From: the human T2T-CHM13v2.0 reference genome, Homo sapiens
Strand: one strand, 5' to 3'
Assembly (NCBI RefSeq): GCF_009914755.1
Contig: NC_060928.1
Length of the DNA: 64,000 nt
Positions 17,012-31,200 of this stretch are shown here, piece after piece (within the stretch, counting starts at the first letter, position 1; every line of letters starts with the position of its first letter). Position numbers and translations under genes: made by a program. A model generated the notes under the pieces. It was not told the DNA's origin. It was given only the letters and a program-made list of their open reading frames with translations, and made no database searches.

Positions 17012-18650
17012 CTAGTATGCTCACTTCATTTCTTTTCTTAATTGTTAATAATATGAATCTTAGTTCTACTTGAGAATATTAAACAAAACTGATTTATATG
17101 GGCAATTTTATTCTCAAGTGGAAGGCTGCACATGAAGGGAGAAAGCCATCTAGGCATTTTGTTATTATTTTCAGCTTCCCATAATTTATTTCAGCACTGT
17201 TGGTCAGTATTCTATTTTGACGAACTTTGCTGGCAACTATTCTGATTTCCTCTACAAGGAGACAAAGAGAATTTGTAAAATCCTACATCAATGTAGTGAG
17301 CAACTTCCTCTTAGGAATAACTATCTCAAAGAGAATAAAATAAAGGCAACCTTAACCCCCAAAATTGTGTCTGCTGCTGACGCGGCAGCCATCAGTGAAT
17401 AATGGGGCCTCTCGTCCTCCTCTGAGCCTGCATACCTATTAGCAGGGCAGGAAATTGCTGGAGGCTGACCACGTGCTTGGAAGAATAAACCAGCAGGATT
17501 CAAATCAGAGACAATTAAAAAGGATGTAATTCTACTGCAACAAAGCCCAGATGGAATGCTATTATAAGTGTCAAGTTTACTGATGTCCCAAATATAAAGT
17601 TTTCCTCTCTTATTCTTCTAAGTGCATAAGGAATTTATTTTTAGAAAGAAGGCAAAATATTTTCATAAAAAATGAATTCTAATAAGGTGAACAAATATTT
17701 TCAAATGTTAAATACTAAGCCTGAGATATTTAAAATCCTTCTGTCGTATATTAGTGGATGATTTTTAGGAATCTAAGATGCTAAGGTTTATATTTTTTAA
17801 TTTCCTGTAACTTGTCATCATTTCAGTAATTTACAAAATTTTATACCCTAGAACTAGCAGAAATCAATTGTATAAATAATTTATCCTGGTTCTGAAATAG
17901 TATCCCTGCAGATGTGAGGTTGCAGAGGTGCTGTATTTTGAATTACATGTTAGACAGGAATCCTCTTTCTTAGCTGTAAATCATTTCAACATCATGTGTA
18001 ATACAAGGAAAACAAAGATATATATTGTCTATATCAGTAGCATCCGTATACTTGATTCTTTAAAAATTTGACTTCAGCAGGAGATAAAGTCTGTAGTGTA
18101 AAAAGCGTACCAAATTCAAAACTAATACATAATGCTGGGAATTACAAAAAGCAACTCCCATGAAAGGATGACTTAGAAGAGGGGAAAAAACTGACTCCTC
18201 AAAAAAAGCAGACAAAGAAATAAAGAAACTCCCTTGGATCTAGCATAAAATAAGGTCCCCTTGATAATTTATAAAAAATGTGACTCTCAAGTAGGTTTGG
18301 CTACAATTCACAATTTATCCCCTTCCCACAAAAAAAGTAAGATGATAATTAAATTTAAATCTGCCTTGCACTGGTAATGCAAAATACTGCATTCGTAGTA
18401 CCGAAAAACCACAAACATTCTGTAGCCTGGAAGAATCCATTTTAAGCTATGTTTCATAAAAGATGAGTTTGCAATGGGAATTATGCAGCACTTATAGAAA
18501 CAAATTAACATAGTAAAGGCAAAAGAAAAGATGCTGCCAGTGTGGCTGCTGAAATGATATTAATAAAAATATAAAATGAGTATTTTTAGAAAGCTTAATA
18601 AAGCAGAAGAGGATATTCAAAGTATAACGAGGTAAGAAACTATGAAACAG

Positions 18651-19345
18651 TATTAGATATAGAACACCCCTGACATAACTAACTCTATCTTAGAAAAAGA
18701 CTCTATTTTATATTTCACAGGGTACTCTGCCAACAATAAGATGTTTTGTATAATAAACACATAAAACAAATAAAGACTGCTTCCAACCAGATAAGGACAC
18801 AAACACTCTCTTCCATTTTCAGTTCTCACCACAGGACTGACTATCAGCCGCTCGAAATGGCCATCTTAACTGACACCGTCTTGCAGTCACTTGTGATAAA
18901 AACTTGGCATCTGCCACTGAGGACCCGGCCTCCTCAGAGACTTCCTTGGAGGACCAAAGGACCACCTGGCCAGACCAGGACACCTTTTGTCTTCTTCACT
19001 TCCCCTGGACTGATTGGTTAACCCATTCTCCTATCTCTTTTTCCTTTTGATGTTAAACATGACTTTATTTGTTGTGAAATGTTTAACCTACACCATTGAT
19101 ATACTGATTAAGTATACTATTATGTTTGGTTTGCGTATTGACTGGCCTGTGGAATGGCTTGAGCCTGTGTGTTCCTGGCTCTGCCTAGCGAGTGACTGGG
19201 AAATAGGAAGGAGAATTCCTTCCTTGGGAACTCCATGGGGTGCATGGCTTCTGTGACTGAAATGGCATCAATAAAAGCCTGACATGGTGGAAAGAGACAA
19301 ATATGTGTGGACCTGGTTATTTCTAACCACGATCTGTTCGTGACA
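18651..19345 (+). mobile_element. ERV1-class solo LTR (~700 bp; subfamily unresolved) inserted in old L1
   Basis: More GC-rich island in A-rich L1 sequence; aataaa at 19270 followed by ~70 bp ending tgaca. Confidence 0.55.
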
Positions 19346-21110
19346 GTAAGAAACAATAAAACTGGTGTATGAGAAAATAATAGAAAATAATTTTAAAACC
19401 TATCTAAAATAGAAAAATATAATTATTGACAAAAGAAATTCTATGGATTTATTAAACAGCAGATTGATTGAAAATAAATGAGGTAGAAAGATATATATCT
19501 GAGGAAGCAACAGGGTGCAGCATAGAAAGATAATTAGGTGAAAAATATGGATAAAGCACGATAGCCTCGGGAAGTAGAGAATAAAGTCTAATATAAGTTA
19601 CAGGAAATATTTGAAGAGATATTGGCTTGGATGTTTGAAAACTGAAACACACACACAGACACACAAGCGCACACACACAAACTGATAGATCTAGGAAAAT
19701 CAAAAATCCAAAGTGAAATCAGTGGAAGGAAATGAACACTTGGATGTATCATAGTAAAGATGTAGAACATAAAACACCGAGGACAATTCTTAGGATAAAT
19801 CAAAGAGAAAGTTTACCAACACACAATGACATTTAGGCAAACAGCTTATTTCTCAGCAGCAAAAGTTAAACTGTTAAGAGAGCAGCAGGATATCTTCAAC
19901 TGCTTAGACAAAAATAATGATCAACTTCATATTATACAGCCAGCTGAACTATCTTTCAATATCCAGGAAAACTTTAAAATATATTAAGATAAGGCCAAAA
20001 CATTCACAAAAGGAACTTATAAATGATAAGTTTCAGGAAGAAAAAGTCAGCTGGTATGAAAGGTGGGAAAGGAAATTAGAAGTAGACAATAATGAAAATG
20101 ATAAATATGTGGGTATACCCAGACAAAAAATTGATCATATCCAATAATTGTGATAATGGGGTATCTATATTTTTACCATGCATTAGAGACTTAAAGTATT
20201 ATTAAATACTAGAGATAAGGAAGGTCACTAACTATTAATAAATGTTCAAGTCACCAGGAATATATAGCAATTCTAAAATTGCATACATCCATTTGAATAA
20301 TTTCTAAATGGAAAAATATCACCACCTAAAGGAGCAATCTTAACACATAGTTTGCAGTAATTAAAGACAAAGTAGAAAAATAAAGTATTAATAAAGAAAC
20401 GAGTTATTTTTGAGGAACATCTGTTGGAATATATGAAACACTGCATGCAAATATTGAAGAACACACATTCCTTTCATGTGCACATTTAAAAAATAAGGAG
20501 GTCACAACTCCTATCTCAGTAAATATTAAATAATTAATATCATACAGAAAATATTTCATGACTCAAAGAAATTAGGTAAAAACATGAATAACAAAAATGC
20601 AATAATATATGTATTTTAAAAAGTCATTTAGAATATTACCAAAAAAGAAGCAACTTTGACATCATTTCTGAGAGAAAATAATGCCAGAAATGTGAAAATA
20701 CCAAATTATTATTTGAACAGAATAATAATGAAAATACTAAAATAAAATTAATACATGGAATGCAGTGAATGTTGCATTTAGGGGGAAATATGTAACAAAG
20801 TATTATATTAGAAAATAAATTCATCAAAATACAAAAATATATTAAACCCAATAGAAAAATGAACAAAAAAATTGAAGAGAAAAATCTCAGAGAAAGATTA
20901 AAAAATGGCTGATAAACATAAGAAAACATGTGCAACCTCAGTATTAAAATCATAATAAAACAACCAGTTTATACCAAAAATTAAGTTTGGATTCAATGTT
21001 ATCTCAAGGATTAAATTTTTAAAATTTGGACCAGATCTATCTTAGAGAAAATTACTAGGGTTTATTGGAAGACTTTTAAATATCTGAATAAATGGAGAGA
21101 TAATATCATT
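19346..21110 (+). mobile_element. Highly diverged L1M fragments (ORF1/ORF2)
   Basis: A-rich purine-biased sequence with L1 phrases (cagcttatttctcagcagc, caccaggaatatatagcaattctaaa, gaataaatggagagata). Confidence 0.55.
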
Positions 21111-21184
21111 GTTTCATAATACAAAATGCTGGCGTGCATAGGAAGTGTAAAAAGATCTACACATTTCTTGCAAGAGTGTAAGTT

Positions 21185-21655
21185 GCTGTCATTCCTGTGA
21201 TCCTCTGATTTGCCACACCGTATGCACTGTCCATTCTTGTCCGTCCTTCTCTGAATGCAGTAAAGCTGACTTTAATATCCTACATTGTGAGTCTCCCTTG
21301 CCCTCTGGTATCCAACTGGGTTTGGCAGTGGGAGATCAACAGAAGATCAGAAGGTGGGAGCTAAAAGGAATCAGATATTTATTTCCCTGACTCCCTTTCT
21401 GCCAGGTCTTGGAGTTTGGTCATTTCCCTCTCCGTGAGGCCAGGTAGTTCAATGCTCTAGCTACTTTCTCTAAGTTTTTGTAACTGCTCTCTCTTCCCTT
21501 GTCCCTTCCCTACAGATCTAGGCTGAATAACAGCTCCTAGAGGCTCCTAGCCTTTCTTTTCTCTGCCTACAACTTTATAAATATGCATTTATTGATTGTT
21601 TTCAATTATCACTATTTAACTCTAACATCTGTTTCCTGCTGCTACTTTGATAAAA
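21185..21655 (+). mobile_element. LTR33-type ERVL solo LTR
   Basis: ctcccttgccctctggtatccaactgggtttggcagtgggag...agatcagaagg...tatttatttccctgactccc...catctgtttcctgc. Confidence 0.7.
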
Positions 21656-22064
21656 CTGTTTCCAAAAACTGTCATTACGCAGAAATTAAGGTATTCATTC
21701 CCACAAGTTCACATTTCATCTGCTGGTATCACCTGAGGCACACTGATAAACCATGAGTAGGTTCAGGTTGTGCCTGAGAACTTCTGCACCTTCACCCTCA
21801 GAAATGAAGGGCAGGGTCTGGGGCAGTCACAGCTCACGGGTTTGACACCACCTACTGTGAGCAGCTCCAACTACTTATGCTAAAAAATACACGAATATAT
21901 GTGCTTTAATGCATGGAGAAGTTGGGGAACCATTTCCCTTGAGTAACTCTTGCATGTGGCAACAGGAAATTGATACAAAAATGTTCAGAGATGCATCATT
22001 TGCCATGACAAAAAAAATCAAACAACTCAATAGAATAAATAAATTAACTCATAATCATACAACC

Positions 22065-25000
22065 TTTTTGTCTCCTTGCCATTCTTGATGCACACATGAG
22101 AGAACCTAACATAAATTCTAACAGACTCCTGGGGAAAAGCAGAGATGCACCACAGACCCCTTTCTGGGAAAAACCTCTGTTTTCCTCACAGAAGCCCATG
22201 AATTGAAAGAAAATAGATCTTTCTCAAAATCTAAGGCTCTGTTCTGTTTTGTATTGTGTTAGCTGACAGTTTTGACTTTTGTGGGTACAAGAAATTACTT
22301 CGCATTATGAAGGAATTTTGGTGTATAATTATTAGGTAGGAAATATACTTTAAGGGATTGCTAATAGTAGTTATGGGGGGATACTGGACTCTTTGCACAC
22401 TTGGATCAGAGAAGCATGCTCTCGGTCACCTGGAAGATATGGAAACATCCCCAGCCTATGCTGATAGATGAGACCCCCATGGGGGATGAGCTGATTACCT
22501 AATGGGCTGACTGGCTTTGGGTTGCCTTGCAATGAAATGCATGATAGAAGCACTGCATAGTATTTGCCTCCTTTTTGGGGACCCGGGGTCCAATATAAAG
22601 CGGTACCCTTAATTTTGGGGATCTGTCTTTGCCTTCCAGCTGTACCTGCTTATTAGGCCCTAGGAGTTGCATGCTTTCCTGGTCCTGTTCCTCCAAGGGC
22701 TCCATCCTGAAGCCAGTAATCCAATTAAGAAACTGGCCAATGAAAAATCTTACAAGTGCTAAATCTTCTGTCTGCCTGTCTTTGTATTTATGTGTGTTGT
22801 GTACATGATGTTTACATAAAAAGAGCTCTGATTAATTGGCTTAGCAAAATAAGCACTTAAATCATATTTTGTCAGAAAAATTGAAACTTTAATTCTTTTT
22901 GTTCATGTGACTTTACTAATTTTTTTGGAAATAAAGACAGCTTTAAAAATTATTAGTAAAATAAAACTGTATTTAAAATTTAAACATTTCATCTAAATTA
23001 AGGTCAGATTTGCTCAATGCTTTAAGGTCATGAACTGCTTTTTTGACTTTTAAAGATTGTTCAATTTACCTACTTTGGAGCAGTAGATTCTAAATAAGGC
23101 CTGGGGACATATGGAGAGCCATGCTGCCTAGCTATGCTGAGAAGTATCAGACCTTACCCACTCGTCTGTCTGATGTCCTAGGCGCCACACTTAGCACATA
23201 ATTACAATCACTTACTTATCAGGATTTTCACCAAAAATAAGTTGCTAAGAATTAATGTTGTAACATGCAATTGAGACAACTGGAGAAACAATTTTACTTA
23301 CGAGGTATGTAAGGAAATAGAACACATTTTTGGTAAAAGATTATAAGAAGGTATGGGAATATGGCTTTTGTTATAGGGAATGTAATTTTGTGTAGTTCAG
23401 AGGGTTTTAAAGATTGTGTTAAACTAAAAGAGTAATGGGACAAAACTGAAGGTTTAAGCAAGTTGAAAAGGGTTTGTGAAGAGTTGGTCTTGTAAAGAAA
23501 CTTCTGTGGTTATGAGCAAGTTGGCTAAGATCTGAAGGGCCTCATTTTTTTTTTCCATAGGTTGAACATAAAAATAAAAGCACAGGCATACAGTGTGAGA
23601 ATCTAGACCCATGTATCCGAACAACAGGGCTTTCTCAGAAAATTGATTTGTTGTTTAATGGAAAATTGTAAAGGGTTCTAAAAGGTTTATGAAAATCTTA
23701 CATTATGGTTACACTAATTAAAATTTGATAGATTTATAAAATTTTATTTAAAAACTATCTTTAGCATTAAAGATGCATGGATGCAAACATGAAATTTGGT
23801 TTTCTCTTTTGACAAAGATTTTTACATAATATTAAAAGATAATGAAAGGTTTTTGTTTGCTCCTTTGGGTAAATGGCTGGGGAAAAAACGGGAGGAGACA
23901 GAAGAGGCAGATTCAGTCAGCCTCATGCTATCCTCACTGGGTCTTGTTTGGAAAGCTGTCTCCTCTCTCAGCATAAAGATTTTTCTTTTAAAAAATTTTG
24001 GAGTTATCATTTTGGCAAAATGAATGATTTATAGTGACCTGCGATTCTATTTTGTGATATCTAGTATTTTAAACCCTTGATATTTGACAAACTTTCCAAA
24101 ATCAAATTATAAAGTATATCATTTTCTGACCTAATTAATCCTAAAGACAATAGGTCCCCTGAAGTCCAAAAATGATGGTTTGGCTAATTTGTTATAAAAA
24201 TCATACAGGAAGCACTGTCAAGTATGAAATGATTTTGGCTTTCTTTCGGCTGTAATTACTAATAATGCAACACATTATTAGTATGTGTTCCAAGACTATG
24301 GGAAACATATAATTCTGATATGATTCAGTTTACATTATTAATAATTATAATTGTAATATAAAATTGTTGTATGCCATAGAAGTAACCAAAATTCCTAATC
24401 TATTTTAGCTTTAATAGTGGCTATCCTAAGACTTTTGTCATTCACAGACATATTGTCTTGCTTTAGTTGTTTTCATAAGGCAGTTTATAATCAGATATAG
24501 GACTCTGAGTGCAGGTCTATGATAACTTTAAAAATTATGCTATTGGAATGGAGGAAAAAAAATTAAACTTCTGAGACTCCCATGGAGAGCTGATGTGTTA
24601 AACATTGCTAATCCTTTTGTTTTCAGAGTCAAGAGAACTCATTTCTTTAGAGCTGTTTACAACTTTTAACAAGTGAGTAAAAGACGCTCCTGTGAACAAA
24701 ATTTGAAGCATATTTGCTTCCCTCTATCTGATTTCTCCAGAATTTGGAAACTATTTGTGAGTATTCTCAACTTATGGCAGCACAGTTTTTGCATAAATGC
24801 AATAAGAATCTGTTTTCTTTTGTAACAGGACACAATTGGAACAACTGTTTATTTTACTAAGGCTATGGCTGGAATGGCATGCTGTACTGACCTGTGGTAA
24901 GTAAAAAATGTGACTTTCTAACAGGCTCAGGAGCCCCAAGTTATCTTGAGACCTCAAGAGGAGAGGAATGTACCCAGGATATAGGTATTTGAGGGTACAA

Positions 25001-25667
25001 ACCCATGGCTGGGTTCACCTTTAAAAAAGTCTTACCTGAGATTACTTATGGAACCGAGTTCTATCAAAGGCAATTTAAAAAGCCTGTGTGAAAAATAATT
25101 ATTCTTGCTGTGCTTTACACAAATAATCAGGTCAAGTAAAATAAGGCTAAGATTTATTTTGTAAACAAATCAGTTCTCTGATGATTTGTTCTTAATAAAA
25201 AGGGGGACTTAAGAGAAAAAAAGTATGCTTCAAAAGAAAAACTATAGTATGCCTGTTGTTAGCTGTTCTTGAGTTTTTTCTGCAGTTTGGGCTAAACCCT
25301 AAATTCTTTGTGGGCTACAAGTCTCCAAGCTAATGCTTTTAAATCTTTACTTTTAAAACTGGGAATTACCCTCCTTACCCTAGTACTCTTTATTTATTTT
25401 ATAGTATGCTGTTCCCTTAAATGTGGTACTAAAACTATAGACGACAGTATGAACGCCTTTGCCATGCAAGCCTCAGAACCCCTGCCAGGCCTGCATGAGT
25501 ACACTCAGCCAATTGCAAAGAGGTTCCACTCCTTTCACTTTCGGTCAACACCTACCCCCACTATGCCCCTGATCAGCAGGAAGAAATTAGAGTGGTCTTT
25601 GCCCTTTTTCCATCTTCCTTAGCCAACACCTTAAGACTAAGGTGTTATGAAACCCAAAGGGAGGTAT
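22065..25667 (+). mobile_element. MER4-group (ERV1) non-coding internal region, 5'-truncated
   Basis: Typical MER4-int/HUERS-P-type AT-rich text; ends atcagcaggaagaaattagagtggtc...purine tract aaagggagg immediately before LTR8. Confidence 0.75.
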
Positions 25668-26261
25668 TGAAAATGCCATTGCAAAATTGTAACTGAGACA
25701 GTAAAAGAGATCTGATCTATCCCACTCCATCCTGCTTCTAGCCTCCAAGCTGTCCTTATTCATTCCTGGGCATAGACTGAACTAACTTTGGGAGGAACTT
25801 AGTTTGTAGTGTATAGTTTAAAACAAAGTTGATAACAGGCATTTCCCATGGCAAATCTCCTTCTTGCCTGGGGCCTACACTGCCTTTGTGGGACCAACAA
25901 ATTAGCCACAAGATTAGAAATTATGGTTTAGGAGTCAGTTAGCTGGAGCCTACAAGATTCTGACCCTCCCTACACTGCTCCTAAGATCAGTGCTTGAGAT
26001 ATTTTGCAGCCTTTGCACTTGATGAATCAGCTGGCACCACACAGATCGATAAACTGGCTCATCTGATCTTGTGGCCCTCACCCAGGAACTGACTAAGCAC
26101 AAGAAGACAGCTTTAACTCCCTATGATTTCATCTCTGACTTGACCGATCAGATTCCTGGCTCACTGGGTTCCGCCCATCCACCAAGCTGTCCTTAAAAAA
26201 CAGGATCCCCAAATGCTCTGGGAGACTGATTTGAGTAATAATGAAACTCTGGTCTCCTGCC
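25668..26261 (+). mobile_element. LTR8 (U3-R only) followed by A-rich tail
   Basis: tgaaaatgccattgcaaaattgtaactgagacagtaaaagagatctga.. matches LTR8; stops at gagtaataatgaaactctggtctcctgcc then aaaaaaagaaaagaaaag. Confidence 0.85.
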
Positions 26262-26663
26262 AAAAAAAGAAAAGAAAAGATAAACTCAAACAATAAGAAA
26301 AATGAAGTCTGCTATAATGTCTTTCCGTAGTTACTATCCTGCCCTGAAGGAGAAAGAAGGCTGGATAATGTGTTTATAAAAGTTAAGCCCTCAGGTTAAG
26401 CAGATCTGCTGCTTTTTCAGAGCTATTCATTCTGAGTCCAGGCACAGAAAATGCTTTCATTGTACTATATGTTAATAGACTTCACCCTGAAGTCAGTAAT
26501 CTGCTTAAGAAAAAAGCTAAGTTGAAATGACCGTCTGTTGAACTAAATTGGTTTCCAAAATACATGTTTTTGGCATTTAGTTGGCTATTTTGTATCTCTC
26601 TTATAAAAAAATTACACATGTAGGTAAAAATCATTGGAAATTCTTACAATATAAGACAGTATT

Positions 26664-26971
<308 letters not shown>

Positions 26972-27279
26972 CTAAACATCTAAACATGCCTCACCTTTGA
27001 CCATTTTGTCTTAACTGGGCTTCTTACCTACACTTTTCTTTTCTAGGCAAATTGTGGCATTTAGGCCTGAAATCTAAGTTCTGGGCTGGTGATATGTAAA
27101 TTTTTTTCCTTAGTTTACAGAAGAGGCATTTCTTTCAAAATGCAAATTTACGATAGAACGTTTTTAGATGGTTATTAAAAATGAGATAAATAAAGCAGTC
27201 AGTGATGGGGTTAAAACAAAGATTAAATCTTCTAAATGTTGGATAGACCAGAGAAGTCCTCTGCTGGCCCCCCAGCATT

Positions 27280-27833
27280 ACAGAGCCTCACTATTTACCA
27301 GGTTTGATGAAATATGGTGAGGTAATGAAGAAGAAATAGCCTCAGAGTAAACAGTTTTTGGAAAGGATGAATGAGATCTTAGAAGAATAGATTATAATTT
27401 GTGACAAGGTCTTTGTAGGTGATGTGAAATCTTCTCTACTGTGATAAAAGCAAATCTTCCCTTTCCTTGATTGCTGCAACTCTCTGGGGAAAGGATTAAC
27501 AATTGCATTCCTTTTGGAAGATTAGTATTTAGGCAGATAAGAGGAATTCAGAAAGTCCTGCCTTGTTTGTTTGTTTGTTTTTTAATAAAAAAACTTAACA
27601 TATTGTTTGTAGAGATGCAGGTCTTACTATGTTGCCAAGGCTGTACTCGAACTCCTAGTCTCAAGCAATCCTGCCTCCTTAACCTCCCAAAGTGCAAGGA
27701 TTACAGGCATGAGCCACTATGCCCAAGCCATGCCTCGTACTTTGCTATTTTTAAAAGTGCCTTTGAGCTAAAGCTCAAAGTAGTTAATATACCAAAGTGA
27801 GTTATTTTGGGGTGAAAGTTCCTGAACTACTCT
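27280..27833 (-). mobile_element. MER34/MER39-like LTR containing a FLAM/Alu monomer (27563-27730, minus)
   Basis: Right end gctcaaagtagttaatataccaaagtgagttattttggggtg is the revcomp of the MER34-type LTR start; single Alu left monomer with (GTTT)n tail inside. Confidence 0.6.
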
Positions 27834-29845
27834 AATGGCTAGCTTTATTTAAAAGGAATGAGTAAATTAGGTGAATGTAAATAGGATGCAAGTTGATAAA
27901 CTTGTTATAGTTTCAAATATCTTTTTCAGTGGCTCGAGATTTAAAGTTTTGTTAAATTAAATAACAGACACGAAACATCTGAGTCATTTCTAAGAAAATT
28001 AGAATACTGAAACATTAATTGCTGAACATAAGTTTAAAGAATATATACATGTTTGGCATCTTGTTTTTGTATTGTATAAAAAGCTATATGTATTTGAGTC
28101 TATTAATAGATATAAAAAGTTGAGAAAACACGGTTCTAGAAATTAAGAACTGGTGAATGCTCATATAGGACAGCCCACAACACTTCCTGGGTTTTCACTA
28201 GAAGATAAGATTATTAAAAGTTAAAAATTCTAATTATCATATTGTAATTGAAAATAGAAATAAGGGAAAAAACTCTTATTCAGGGAATATAAGACATGTT
28301 TTTGGTATGAAAAACTTATATGAAGGATGTGTTTTTCTTAAAAAAGCCTAATTTGTGTTCTAAAGTACAATGAATAGTTGTTCCAATATGGAAAAAGGAA
28401 AAGTATTGGACAAAAAACTGCAGATATATGAGAAGGTTCTAGAAGTTTTGTGAAAGATGAACCTTGTGAAAGGAATTGTGCGTACAATTAGCTGGGTAAG
28501 ATTAAAAGAGAACTGTGGGTTTTTTTTTTTTAAATCAAGCGTTAATATCAAAAGTGCACTGACGCAAAACTAAAATTTGATGCAAAACTTGTTAAAACAA
28601 CAAGAAGTTTTTCTTACAGTATTTACTGCTCTTGTTAGAAAATAGTAAGAGGTACTTTTTTTTTTAACCTTTTAGATAATTGGACTAGAAAACCAAGATT
28701 CGGTGTTCTATTGAGATGATTTCCTGTGCTTCATGTTGTCTTTATTAGTCTTTGATTACTTAGGAAAACTGAGTCCTCTCCATTGAACAGTCCAGGGTTT
28801 TTGTACATCTACATAACTTTCTGTCTTTGTCTTTTGAAGTTTTTCAATTTGAAGTTTTAAACCAGAATGATTTCTGGTTAAATTAATAAGTATGACTCCG
28901 CTGTGACCTGTGATCTTATTTTGATGAAGTGTCTTAAACCTTTGATATTTTTGACAAACTTTCCAAAATCAAATCAGAAGTTAAGTCTTTTTTACTTTGA
29001 ACTAACTTTGGGACAATTCGGAAGGACTTTGAATGTCTGAAGAAGACAATTTAAAGCAATTAAGCTTATTTGATACATTGAATTGCAGGAGAGGCATTGT
29101 CAAGTAAGAAATGATGTTTGAGTTACATGTATATGGATGTGCTGCTAATAATGTGTTTCAAAAAGTGTATGAAATTCCTAGAAACCCAATACGTTATCAA
29201 CCATAATTTCTGTTATCTTGTTAAAATGTTGTATGCCACTGAAATAAACAAATTTCCTTTTCAGTTATAACATTATTATAATGAACTCTCATCAGATCTC
29301 TAACTATAGTCATTTTAGGTCTTGTCCTCCACAGACAGAATTTAATCTGATGCTTTTCTGTTTTTTTTTTTTTCTGGCTTCTACAATTCTACAGCGATTC
29401 GTTTTCAAGGGAATTTATGTAAAGGACTTTGACAAACACGTTTCTGGTAACTTTGAGATCATACTATTAGACAGCGTAAGAATTTTTAGATCTTCAGTAA
29501 AGAAACTGATGGGTTTGTGAAAATGTTAACCAAAATCAGGCAGAACAAGAATTAATTACACGGTACTGAATGCAGTGATAATGAAGAATTATAGGCTTTC
29601 ATGACTTTTTAAAAATTTGAAACATTGCTGGCTCATTTAATGTTTTGTTTTCCAAATTTTAGAAAACTTTTTAAAAGCTTTTTATAGTTACTGGAAATTT
29701 GATAAAGTATATGTTTGTGAGTAAAAATTAAAACATTCAGTTTTTCTTCCTACCTGATCCCTCTAGAATATGGAAACTTATGAGTATTCTTATTTTAATG
29801 GGAATGTAGTTATTTGCATAAGTCCAATAAAAATCTGCTCTTTTT

Positions 29846-29944
29846 ATAATAGGTTGCAATTGGATATATTGTAGATATATATTGTAGATATATATTGTAG
29901 ATATATATTGTAGATAATAGGTTGCAATTGTAGATATATCTACA
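29846..29944. repeat. 13-bp tandem array with flanking 17-bp duplication and 16-bp palindrome
   Basis: (tatatattgtaga) x~4 between two copies of ataataggttgcaattg; tgtagatatatctaca at 29929-29944. Confidence 0.9.
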
Positions 29945-30859
29945 GGTACTGCAGATGAAGTCTGAGGTCTGCTGTAGTTTGACTTCCTAGTTATGAGGGT
30001 TCTGAAAGTCTTATCTGAGATTCCTAATCAAAAGTTCTAGCAAAAGCAAACTTTACAAAGCACCTATGTGGTCAATCACAATTCTTGCTGCACTTATATA
30101 ATCAGGCAAAGTTTAACAAGACTAGACCTGTTTTGCAAACAAATTTGTCTTACTCTGATTATTTTGGGTAGAAATGGGTGTAACTATAAAAAGAAGAATG
30201 TTTATGAAGAAAACTGTAGTACACCTCTCATTATATTTTAGCCCTATTCATTGTTTTTAGGTTTTTATTGTCTACTGGTAGACTGGACTGGATTCTGAAT
30301 TCTAGTTTCCTCCAATATCTGGCTACAACTCTCCAAGTAAGAAGAAGAACTGCTTTGTTTCTGAAGGCCTCTGAGCTGGAGCTGGACAACTTGATGTAAA
30401 TTTTTAGGAACAAATCTCAAGCCTGATGTGTGGGCTACACAGAGATTTCACCAAATTGAGGGTCCCATTGCCAGGGACCCTCAAACTGAAAACCAGGATA
30501 AGCAGCTGACAACTTCATGCTGTGGACAGCTTTTCCCAGGACCTGGGAGAAACACTCCCAGTCACAGCGAGAGCCCGGGCCCCTCTTAGTTTCTCCTTGC
30601 TGATGCAGAGCTCTTTTGCTGGGCAGGATAATGCTGTAGGTAGAATTGCACAATCAGGAGCTTCTGCTGGTGACTTCACGAAACACTGGATCCGTCATAC
30701 CAAACCCAAATCTTTACATGACTTAAGGGGTCCTTTAGTCCACCCAGTGGGTAACGTTAGCAGCATCCATAATACAACTGTGTTTAAATTCTCACTGTGT
30801 TTAAAAATGGTCCCTTTTATAGAGTAAGATTTCTAGAAATCTCACTCTCTGCTTTAATT

Positions 30860-31200
30860 TAACCGAGTCGTGGCATACCAGATAATTGAACTGCTACCTA
30901 CCAGCTGAGCCGGGAGAAGGAGTCTGTGCAGTTGCCGACACTTCTTATTGCAGATGGATAAATGCATTGGGTATCACAGAGACTCCACGGCAAAAATGAA
31001 TGAACAAGCTCCTTGGTTAAAATGAGTAGATTCGCCGTCCGGCTCATTCTTTGGCTTAACTGATTTCAGTTGGTTGGGTTCATGGGAACCTTGACTAAGG
31101 GACATACTCCAGAGTTTTAATTTTACCTTCTGAGATCATAATGGTAGTCTTCCTGGTATTCTGTATTCACTTAAAAAGTCTTAAATACCTACATGCAGCC
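30860..31200 (+). pseudogene. Degenerate retroviral env transmembrane subunit remnant
   Basis: gga gtc tgt gca gtt gcc gac act tct tat tgc aga tgg ata aat = GVCAVADTSYCRWIN (decayed CX6CC), then W-rich membrane-proximal text; located just upstream of the 3' LTR. Confidence 0.65.
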
